NCBI GenBank assembly: GCA_049305795.1
Contig: JBAQPM010000005.1
Span: 1 to 57,519, forward strand
Source: Minisyncoccia bacterium
GTDB taxonomy: Bacteria > Patescibacteriota > Minisyncoccia > Phycocordibacterales > Phycocordibacteraceae
Length of the DNA: 57,519 nucleotides
Direction of reading: 5' to 3'
Positions 9,802 through 17,282 of this stretch are shown here, one piece after another. The notes beneath the pieces are model-generated. The model did not search any database and was not told the origin of the DNA. It saw nothing but the letters and a program-made list of their open reading frames with translations. The number at the start of each line of letters is the position of its first letter. The first letter of the stretch is position 1. The position numbers were made by a program, and so were the translations under genes.

Positions 9802-10955
9802 TGATATTGAATGTAACTTGGCTGCGGTATGAGGCTCAATATTTCCGCCGGAGTCAACAGCCGCGTTGAAGGCGCTTTGAGATCATTCTTGTAAAAGAGT
9901 TTAAACCCAGTGAACTGAATTGGCTCTGAATACACCACTTGTTTATAGGTATTAATCTTTTTTGCACCGAATCCCCATCCATCCATGTCAACGACAATCT
10001 GCACTTCAGGCAGTGGTCGCATTTGCTTGTAGCCTGTGAGCATTTCTTCCGTAAAACGATGAAGGACGATGATTTTGGGCGGGAGATTATTTTCTTTCAC
10101 CAGAGTGGCAAGATATTGCGCTGCGTAATTTATATCAGTTGCGTCCATGGTGCCAATGACTCTCCCAGGCTTCACGCCCGTTTTCATAGAAAATTCTGGG
10201 TCAAGACCCAGGTGCACTTGTGGCATTGCCAAATACTTTTTCAAAAGTGGAATCTCTGTTTGTACGTCGCTTAGACCAACTTGAATATCAAGAAAAACTA
10301 TTCCGTCGATTTGTTTTGCAAGTTCGATAGCGTGATCAATCTGACTGTCCGGCATACGGAGGCGATATTTTCCATCGTTTCCCGCGCTTGCCTGCGCGGT
10401 CACCGCGATGTAGTGAATGGCAGGAACAACGGGAGTGGTGGGATCCGCTGCTTCCCACACTGCCTTTTCTGCTTTTAGTTTGGAAAGCATTTCTTCAGTC
10501 GAATACTCACCCAAAACACCCATGCCTTTTGAATAAAAGTTTCCGTAATAAGAAACGATACGTTTAAATGGAAGAATGGCACCCACATTTGGATACACGG
10601 TTTTTGCGGGCCAGAGTTTACCGGGAACAGACACCGTCGTAGTCGCAGTGAAAACAGGAGTTATAGCTGGCGTCGTTGAAGAGGTTGAAGTTGCCTGAAC
10701 AAATTGAGCGAGCTGCAGCATCTTTTTGTTGTAAGCCGCTTTGTCGAGCGTCGGGGGTGTAGGTTTCGCAATTTCGCGTGCTGCTGCTTCTACAAAAGCC
10801 TCCGATCGATCATAGGTCACGGAAAAAAGACCTGATGCGCCAAAGGCGCAGAGTGCGGCAAAAATAGCGAGACCTAGAAGCGTACCCGTGACTAGCGACC
10901 GCTTTGTATCAGCTGAAATAGAAACTTTTGATTTGCGCTTGGGATGAGGTGACAT
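9798..10955 (-). CDS. Membrane-anchored extracytoplasmic protein, function unknown (possibly TIM-barrel hydrolase-like)
   Basis: Long ORF with an N-terminal TM helix (LVTGTLLGLAIFAALCAFGA). I have only a weak recollection of a glycoside-hydrolase-like family (HLGLDPEF, DMDGWG). Confidence 0.55.
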   Translation of the reverse strand: MSPHPKRKSKVSISADTKRSLVTGTLLGLAIFAALCAFGASGLFSVTYDRSEAFVEAAAREIAKPTPPTLDKAAYNKKMLQLAQFVQATSTSSTTPAITPVFTATTTVSVPGKLWPAKTVYPNVGAILPFKRIVSYYGNFYSKGMGVLGEYSTEEMLSKLKAEKAVWEAADPTTPVVPAIHYIAVTAQASAGNDGKYRLRMPDSQIDHAIELAKQIDGIVFLDIQVGLSDVQTEIPLLKKYLAMPQVHLGLDPEFSMKTGVKPGRVIGTMDATDINYAAQYLATLVKENNLPPKIIVLHRFTEEMLTGYKQMRPLPEVQIVVDMDGWGFGAKKINTYKQVVYSEPIQFTGFKLFYKNDLKAPSTRLLTPAEILSLIPQPSYIQYQ

Positions 10956-11038
10956 ACATTTCCACGTGCTTCTCGATACCTAAATTTACCACGTTCTCTA
11001 GCGAGAATGTACGCAATAGATATGAGCCGAGCATATCG

Positions 11039-11087
11039 AAAAAACAGACTAAGACCGGCCAAGCGGCCTTGGAGCGGTCTGTTTTTT
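11039..11087. terminator. Bidirectional terminator-like hairpin downstream of the Kazal-like gene
   Basis: An A6 run, then cagac (11045-11049) ... gtctg (11077-11081) with an inner ccaag/cttgg stem, then a T6 run. Confidence 0.6.
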
Positions 11088-11121
11088 CGATATGTCGGCG
11101 AATATCTCGAGATTGTCTATC

Positions 11122-11688
11122 TTACCAAAACCAACTCCAAATGCGGGACCAAAGATGACGAAAGAAACCGGGTCGTTCAGGATTTCCTGCGGGTGTAGAA
11201 CTTGCTACTGGTGGAACGTTGGCCTGTTCTCCCGCTCCTTTCGTAGTAGTTCCATACGCGGTGCAATACCCAGGTTCGGGGTTTGAAAGACAGGCGCGTT
11301 TGGTGCACATCGCGTTACCGTTTGCAGCGCGGCTGCAGTTATTGCATCCATCAAACCATGCTGTACAGGACTGCGGCGGAACGAATGCGGGCGGGGAGGG
11401 AGGAGCGGCGGGCAATACTGGTCCCGTTTCTTTTTCAGTACATTCACCTTTATGAAGGAAGGTAGCATCTTCAGCACCCAGCATGCACTGATTACCGTAG
11501 GTTTGATACACCGGATGACACGGAGCTTTTATACACTGCACCTGCTTTGCGCCACAGACCGGGTCATACTGCATGGTGCACATAGTGGGACCTCCTGCCG
11601 ATCCAGAGGTACTCTGTGCAAATGTAAAGGCGGGTAAGAATAATGAAACGCCTGCGAGAGCGAAGGAAAGAAATAATGTTTTGTTCAT
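11122..11688 (-). CDS. Secreted Cys-rich protein with a Kazal-like domain plus a second disulfide domain
   Basis: Signal peptide MNKTLFLSFALAGVSLFLPAFTFA. Kazal-like pattern CTMQYDPVCG...TYGNQCML...HKGEC, a Pro-rich linker, then CTAWFDGCNNCSRAANGNAMCTKRAC. Confidence 0.65.
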   Translation of the reverse strand: MNKTLFLSFALAGVSLFLPAFTFAQSTSGSAGGPTMCTMQYDPVCGAKQVQCIKAPCHPVYQTYGNQCMLGAEDATFLHKGECTEKETGPVLPAAPPSPPAFVPPQSCTAWFDGCNNCSRAANGNAMCTKRACLSNPEPGYCTAYGTTTKGAGEQANVPPVASSTPAGNPERPGFFRHLWSRIWSWFW

Positions 11689-11744
11689 GTCATTAGTATA
11701 GACGGTTCCTGGCGAGAAATTCTTACACCAGCAAATACATTTAC

Positions 11745-13244
11745 TTAACGAGAATGGGCGTATTTCTCGAGGTCGAGCGTCGTATCAATCCGAATCTGCG
11801 CCACAAATTCTGGAACATGACTCACTAAAATCATCGCACCCTCGTACGCATCAAGCGCTTTCGCTATTTCTGGCAGGTGCCGGAAATTTATGTGGTTAGT
11901 AGGTTCGTCGAGGATAAGAAGGCCTGGACGAAGAAGGACGAGGCGGGCAAAAGCCACCAAACCTTTCTGTCCCTCGGAAAGCACGCCGATTTTTTTATCA
12001 ATAACCTGAGCCGTAATCAAAAAACCAGCAGCGACAGCGCGCAAGTGTTCCTCGTCTGGTTTTTCCATAACACCTGCAAGCGACTGTCGCACCGTGTGTT
12101 CAAAATTAAGGGTTGAAAAATCTTGGCGGTAATACCCCACACGCACACCGTCAGCAATTTTTGCCCCTTCAGCTTTTCCACTTGCAAGTGCTTCAAGCAG
12201 CGTGCTTTTACCAATGCCGTTTGGACCAACCAATTGCAAATGCTGTTTTTTCTTGAGCGCAATGTTTGCCGTGTGCGCGACTGGCACATGCTTTTTGGGG
12301 TGAATAGTGTTGAAAGAGGTAATCGTCAAAAGTTCGCCTTGAATATCCGTCTGTGCCGGAATAGTGAAGGGACGAATGGTTTTGTCTTCTTTTCGCACAT
12401 CCACTTTTTCTTCTTCCATCTCTTCAATCTCGGTACGCATTTTCTTTGCAACCAAACGCATTTTGCCTCCTTTTTGCGCGAAAAAGTTTGCCTTGTCTTT
12501 GTTGTCCTGAATCTTTTTGGCAAGCTGGGCGTTTTTACGATTTTCCTTTTCAATACGAGCCGAAATCTCTTTCAAAAGGTCAAAATAGTTTCCAACATAC
12601 TGCTCGACTTTTCGAGTGTGCACATCAAGATACAGCACGCCCTGTGTAAACGAATTCAAGAAGTCAGCATCGTGCGAAATGACAAGACACGTCTTTTGAT
12701 ATTCCTGAAGAAATTTCGTAAGGTGCGCAATACCTTCTTTGTCGAGGTTGTTGGTCGGCTCGTCCAAAAGAAGAAGGTCGGGGTCTTGTATAAGAGCCGA
12801 AGCAAGCAAAAGCCGCGCTTGCTGTCCGCCTGAAAAAGATTTCACTATGCGCTCAAAGGGTGCATGCAAGTGCACGATTTCAAGCACGGCCGCTATTTTG
12901 GGATCAAGGTCATACACTTTTTCGGGGAAACGCTTCTCGAAAAATTCACGCACCGAAAGGGCGAGGTCAGGTGGCGCAATAACCTGGTCTGCCATCGCAA
13001 TGCTTTGGCGCGGCGCAAGCACGATCTTCCCCGCTTCAGGAACGAGTGCACCCGTAATGAGTTTGAAAAGAGTGGATTTGCCCGCACCATTCTGGCCCAT
13101 CACTACTGCCTTGGTGCCACGACGAAGCGAAAAACTCACCTCCTCAAGAATAGGGTGATTGTGTCCAAATTCGAATGATACGTCTTCAAAACGAACCACC
13201 GCCTCTTTGGAGGGACCCGTATTCTCTTTCGGCTTTTTTTCCAT
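11745..13244 (-). CDS. ABC-F family ATPase (two ABC domains, no TM domain)
   Basis: Two Walker A motifs (GQNGAGKST, GPNGIGKST), two signature motifs (FSGGQQ, LSEGQK) and a charged inter-domain linker. Confidence 0.88.
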   Translation of the reverse strand: MEKKPKENTGPSKEAVVRFEDVSFEFGHNHPILEEVSFSLRRGTKAVVMGQNGAGKSTLFKLITGALVPEAGKIVLAPRQSIAMADQVIAPPDLALSVREFFEKRFPEKVYDLDPKIAAVLEIVHLHAPFERIVKSFSGGQQARLLLASALIQDPDLLLLDEPTNNLDKEGIAHLTKFLQEYQKTCLVISHDADFLNSFTQGVLYLDVHTRKVEQYVGNYFDLLKEISARIEKENRKNAQLAKKIQDNKDKANFFAQKGGKMRLVAKKMRTEIEEMEEEKVDVRKEDKTIRPFTIPAQTDIQGELLTITSFNTIHPKKHVPVAHTANIALKKKQHLQLVGPNGIGKSTLLEALASGKAEGAKIADGVRVGYYRQDFSTLNFEHTVRQSLAGVMEKPDEEHLRAVAAGFLITAQVIDKKIGVLSEGQKGLVAFARLVLLRPGLLILDEPTNHINFRHLPEIAKALDAYEGAMILVSHVPEFVAQIRIDTTLDLEKYAHSR

Positions 13245-13293
13245 TAGTTATTCCTACCCTACCTACGCAAGGAGCGCAATGAAGGGTCTCAGT

Positions 13294-13836
13294 TTATTTC
13301 TCAACCTCTACTAATTCTTGTCCTGAAACTTTTGCATACGTTGAAACAGCTACGCTTGGTGCGGCAGTCATAGGGTCGGTTTCCTTTCGGTCTGCGAAAT
13401 TCACAATTACTTCCCCGCCTTGTATCTCGGTCGTTTGTGGAGCTATGCGGTCACCTAAATAAAGTGCGCTCGTACCTTGATATCCCGCATCCGTTTTGAA
13501 CGCTGCTACGACATAAAAGAACGTGCCGCTTCCCCCACCGCTTTGTGTAAGAAGAAAAGCAATGTCTTCTTTTCCGTCTCCATTCAAATCACCTTTGGCT
13601 TCGTTCCCAAAATACGTTGTTGTGGTTTTTGAAGCAGACCCAGTAGCACTTTCCGTTTCCGCCATTCCATTTTTAAGTACGACCGTCTGACCGTCTATCA
13701 CATACGAAATGTTTTTATAACCTTCCGAGGTGGCAGCATTCTTTCCGGTATCAAAAGACAAAAAACCATACTTCCAAAGTGCTGCGCCGCCCACAACAAC
13801 AATTCCAAAAAGGAGAGCGAGTATTATTCTTTTCAT
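13294..13836 (-). CDS. Membrane-anchored protein with an FG-GAP/VCBS-like calcium loop; paralog of the N-terminal half of 31244-32176
   Basis: TM helix (IILALLFGIVVVGGAAL) and loop GDLNGDGKEDIAFLLTQSGGGSGTFFYVVAA. It is collinear with TDLNGDGREDIVFLLTQETGGSGIFYYVVAA in the 310-aa protein. Confidence 0.65.
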   Translation of the reverse strand: MKRIILALLFGIVVVGGAALWKYGFLSFDTGKNAATSEGYKNISYVIDGQTVVLKNGMAETESATGSASKTTTTYFGNEAKGDLNGDGKEDIAFLLTQSGGGSGTFFYVVAAFKTDAGYQGTSALYLGDRIAPQTTEIQGGEVIVNFADRKETDPMTAAPSVAVSTYAKVSGQELVEVEK

Positions 13837-13966
13837 ATCTCTATTGAAACACAGCCACTCTGATAGGCCCAGTGGATTACGGACGACAATTGACTAGGAA
13901 TTTAAATATGTTATAAACATTATGCAAGCTTCATCGGGAAGCTGTTGTTTAACGGAGGGGCCGCAC

Positions 13967-14125
13967 ATGAAGTGGAGTGAGTGGCTTGATTTGCTCAAAT
14001 TGGCAGGGGAGTTCGTCCTGGGCTCTATTGGACTTCTGGTCCTGGGGCTCATCGGCTTTCTTGCATACGACGGAGGCATGTCGCTTTACGACAAGCTCCC
14101 CCACCTCCAGCTTGTAGCGAACTAG
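13967..14125 (+). CDS. Possible small membrane protein (52 aa)
   Basis: GGAGG lies ~8 nt upstream of the ATG at 13967. There is one TM helix (FVLGSIGLLVLGLIGFLAY). Confidence 0.4.
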   Translation: MKWSEWLDLLKLAGEFVLGSIGLLVLGLIGFLAYDGGMSLYDKLPHLQLVAN

Positions 14126-14248
14126 CCCTCTTCCCCTCGGCACATGCCGAGGCGGAACTTTTATACACAGGTACCCCGTACACCATTTGACAAAAACTTG
14201 ATTTCGGAATATAATTAATTACAGGTTTAGCAACAGGAGGAGAGAGGC

Positions 14249-14566
14249 ATGCCCTTGTTCCTTTCAGAGGCTACTGTCCGGAAACTCGCAAACGCCACGC
14301 GCGACCTGGTTCGGAGTATGAACCTTCGATATCCCGCGGCTGCACTCAAAGCGATCGAGACTGGCTGTCGTTGGCTTCTACCCGAGGATGTGGAGAAAGC
14401 ACAAAAGAAAGTGCTCTCCCATCTTGGGCAGCGCGGAGCAGCGCGCAAAAAATCCCTCCAGAAAAACCAGAAAAAGGCCGCAAAAGCACTCGAGTTGAAG
14501 GTCTTGCCTTCAGCTCAAGAAAAGGCAGCCCCTGCGGCCGCGCCCGTGCAGCTCAAGCTGCTTTGA
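14249..14566 (+). CDS. Hypothetical basic protein (105 aa)
   Basis: Strong SD (aggaggagagaggc) directly before the ATG. The C-terminal half is Lys/Ala-rich, and a terminator follows. Confidence 0.55.
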   Translation: MPLFLSEATVRKLANATRDLVRSMNLRYPAAALKAIETGCRWLLPEDVEKAQKKVLSHLGQRGAARKKSLQKNQKKAAKALELKVLPSAQEKAAPAAAPVQLKLL

Positions 14567-14593
14567 CCTAAAGGACGGGAACATAAAGAACAA

Positions 14594-14624
14594 AGACAGA
14601 CCTCCGAGGCCTGTCTTTTCTTTT
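14594..14624 (+). terminator. Intrinsic terminator after the 105-aa gene
   Basis: Imperfect hairpin agacagacc...ggcctgtct followed by TTTCTTTT. Confidence 0.6.
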
Positions 14625-14643
14625 AATAACTTTTAAATACCCG

Positions 14644-14679
14644 ACAAAAGACAAGGGCCGCCAGTTTCCTGGCGGCCCT
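14644..14679 (-). terminator. Intrinsic terminator after the GcrA-like gene
   Basis: 11-bp stem agggccgccag (14654-14664) / ctggcggccct (14669-14679). It is followed on the minus strand by TGTCTTTTGT. Confidence 0.7.
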
Positions 14680-14683
14680 TTGA

Positions 14684-15223
14684 CTAAAAATTCGGTGTTC
14701 GACGAAATTGGTCGGGACACCTCTCTTCAATGGCACCCTTCTTTTTCTTGTATCTTCCAGGTGCGCTGTTAGCCTCGTACGCAATTCGCTGATGCTCCTC
14801 ACAGTAATTTTTCCCAACTTCTTTTGTGAGACCGCAAAAGCGGAAACCATATTCCGAAGGATGTCCGATAGGCCACCCGCACTGGTGCCTCGCGAGAGCA
14901 AGCACGCTTCGCGTGGTGTCAGCAAGACAGGAAACGTACCTTCGCGGCACCTCCTCGCCACTCTTATGCTTTCCGATCTTTCCCTGATTTTTCCGACGAC
15001 GACGCAAGAGATACATATGCTCCACCTGTTCCTCGTCGAAGAATTTCAAAAGATCTTTCTTCGTCTGGACACGGGCCATAACCTTATAGATGGCATCACG
15101 CGAAATCTTCGCGCCTACTGCCACACTAATTCGGTCTGCCATATCCGCAGTTTTCAGATCTTCGAGAAGCACTTTACCGAGCGCTCTCAAATAAAGTTCG
15201 GTTTCCCAGAGAAGATCCTTCAT
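14684..15223 (-). CDS. Protein with a GcrA-type C-terminal domain
   Basis: The C-terminus CGWPIGHPSEYGFRFCGLTKEVGKNYCEEHQRIAY matches the GcrA signature (CKWPIGDP..GFTFCG...PYCxEHxxxAY). The start is set at the ATG at 15223, preceded by GGGGAGG. The N-terminal half is unlike Caulobacter GcrA. Confidence 0.7.
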   Translation of the reverse strand: MKDLLWETELYLRALGKVLLEDLKTADMADRISVAVGAKISRDAIYKVMARVQTKKDLLKFFDEEQVEHMYLLRRRRKNQGKIGKHKSGEEVPRRYVSCLADTTRSVLALARHQCGWPIGHPSEYGFRFCGLTKEVGKNYCEEHQRIAYEANSAPGRYKKKKGAIEERCPDQFRRTPNF

Positions 15224-15317
15224 TTTTTCCTCCCCACTTGAGATGTACAAAACTAGGGCGGAGTATATAGGCACGCACCCCCCATGTCTATAAAATAGCG
15301 GTGTATACTAAACCCCA

Positions 15318-16373
15318 ATGTCCGGAACAAGAGTACAAGTCTATTTCCTCTTTGCGTGTCTTGCCGTTGCTGCCACGTTCACGTTTTTTGTCTTTCGTCC
15401 GTTTCTCGTAACCCTTGCACTTGCCGCGATATTTTCGGTAGTGCTGCACCCACTTTATGCTCGGATCTTAAGAAGCCTCGGGACCAAGCGAGCGCTCGCA
15501 GCGCTTATCACGCTCCTTATTGCATGCATAGGCATCATCACACCCCTAGCGTTTATCGGAACCCGCGTCGTTGCAGAATCGCAGTATCTCTATTCTTCTC
15601 TTATTGAAAATGGAAATGGCGCGGATTTGAAGACAATAACCACCTACATCGGACAATCGATCGAGCCAATCATTCCCGGAGCAAGCGCCTATGGTGACAT
15701 ACTTTCAAACAGCATTACCACATACGCAAAACAAGGACTGGAGTGGTTTATTCAACACCTGGGCACCGCATTTTCGAGCGTCGCCGGACTACTTCTTCGC
15801 CTCTTCATTTTTCTCATGGCGCTCTATTACTTCTTAAAAGAGGGCTCGAATATCCGCAAGGCAGTGGTGAGCTGGAGTTTCCTTGAAGACACGGATGACA
15901 ATATCGTCCTTGACCGTCTTTCACGCACCATAAATTCAGTAGTAAAAGGTACGCTTACTATTGCCCTTATCCAGGGCATACTTACCACTATCGGCTTTAC
16001 CCTTTTTGGTATTCCAAATGCGGTGATCTGGGGAGTGGGCGCAAGTATTGGTGCACTTATTCCGGGTATCGGCACATCTCTCATCATTATCCCGGGAATC
16101 ATATTCCTTTTTGCGACCGGAAACACCTATGGAGCACTGGGTCTTTTGGCATGGGGTGTTGTGGTGGTAGGACTTATCGATAATTTCCTTAGTCCAAAAT
16201 TGATAGGACGCGGTGCACAAATGAATCCGCTTATCACCCTTCTTTCCGTCCTCGGCGGCATCGCGTTTTTTGGTGCTGCTGGTATTTTCCTTGGCCCGAT
16301 TACGCTGAGTCTCCTTGTTGCTCTCCTTTCCATTTATTCCACCTCTACTCGGGCAGGATCCAAAGCTATCTAG
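15318..16373 (+). CDS. AI-2E family transporter (PerM/UPF0118-type permease)
   Basis: Polytopic membrane protein of 351 aa with the typical layout and motifs (LALIQGILTTIGFTLFGIP, LIDNFLSPKLIG). Confidence 0.8.
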   Translation: MSGTRVQVYFLFACLAVAATFTFFVFRPFLVTLALAAIFSVVLHPLYARILRSLGTKRALAALITLLIACIGIITPLAFIGTRVVAESQYLYSSLIENGNGADLKTITTYIGQSIEPIIPGASAYGDILSNSITTYAKQGLEWFIQHLGTAFSSVAGLLLRLFIFLMALYYFLKEGSNIRKAVVSWSFLEDTDDNIVLDRLSRTINSVVKGTLTIALIQGILTTIGFTLFGIPNAVIWGVGASIGALIPGIGTSLIIIPGIIFLFATGNTYGALGLLAWGVVVVGLIDNFLSPKLIGRGAQMNPLITLLSVLGGIAFFGAAGIFLGPITLSLLVALLSIYSTSTRAGSKAI

Positions 16374-17202
16374 AGATTTCCCAAGCAAGAAGGGCATCTT
16401 TGCGCGCAATTCCCCATCGATACCCGCCGAGTCCACCCTCTGACGTAAGCACGCGGTGACACGGAATAAGAAAAGCAATAGGATTTTTTCCACACGCCGT
16501 GCCGACGGCACGAACTGCCTTAGGAGATCCAATACGCCGTGCAATATCCGCATAGCTCGCCACTTTCCCTGGAGGTATTGCAAGAAGTGCTTCCCATACC
16601 TTCATTTGAAAATTCGTACCGTGAACTACGAGTGGCATTTTCTTTTTACTCCCGAAATGAGTAAATATTTTCTCTTGAAATGGTTTCGTGGCCACGTTAT
16701 CCAAAACAAGTTTGGCATTCGGCCATGCTTTTTTAAGAATCTGTAGTGCCTCTCGTTCGCTCGCGTTTTCAAGAAATGAAAGCGCGCAAACACCACGCGG
16801 CGTAACGCCAAGAAGACACCAGCCAAAAGGCGAAGCGTGAATACCGTAGCGTATTTCTATTTCTCCGCTTTTAAATTCACCAGGAGAAACGGCATCATGC
16901 GTTACTAAAAGGTCGTGCAGACGACTTGGCCCTGAAAGTCCGCTTTTATATGAGGCGTCAAGAACATTCTTTGAGTTTGCGAGGAGTTCTTTTGCATGTT
17001 CCTTAGTGAGGTATGAAAGAAAACGTTTTGGGGGAACGCCGACCCATTCGGTAAACGCATGGTTAAAGCGCGAGACGCTCATGCCTAAAGCCTTGGCAAC
17101 GGTAGCGGTATCAGGATGCTCCTTCGCATGGACGCGCAAATAATGGATCGCGTCTCGCATCGTTTCATACAGGTCGCCCTTGCTGCGCTTTTTTGACTTC
17201 AT
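16366..17202 (-). CDS. AraC-HTH fused to methylated-DNA-[protein]-cysteine S-methyltransferase (Ada/Ogt-like)
   Basis: N-terminal AraC-type HTH (VAKALGMSVSRFNHAFTEWVGVPPKRFL) and C-terminal MGMT domain with the active site IPCHRV. Its 3' end overlaps the convergent AI-2E gene by 8 nt. Confidence 0.85.
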   Translation of the reverse strand: MKSKKRSKGDLYETMRDAIHYLRVHAKEHPDTATVAKALGMSVSRFNHAFTEWVGVPPKRFLSYLTKEHAKELLANSKNVLDASYKSGLSGPSRLHDLLVTHDAVSPGEFKSGEIEIRYGIHASPFGWCLLGVTPRGVCALSFLENASEREALQILKKAWPNAKLVLDNVATKPFQEKIFTHFGSKKKMPLVVHGTNFQMKVWEALLAIPPGKVASYADIARRIGSPKAVRAVGTACGKNPIAFLIPCHRVLTSEGGLGGYRWGIARKDALLAWEISR

Positions 17203-17282
17203 GGGCTCACTCTACTCTAAAACCCGCTTCTTACACCACCCGCCTTTTGCTACTAATCTGGAAGATCATAAAAGAGATTTTT

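Noticed and set aside
12123-12833. 236-aa plus-strand ORF inside the ABC-F gene
   Set aside because: It is an antisense shadow ORF. The opposite frame has both Walker A and signature motifs.
15936-16583. 215-aa minus-strand ORF overlapping the AI-2E and Ada/Ogt genes
   Set aside because: It overlaps two motif-supported genes in other frames and has no recognisable features.
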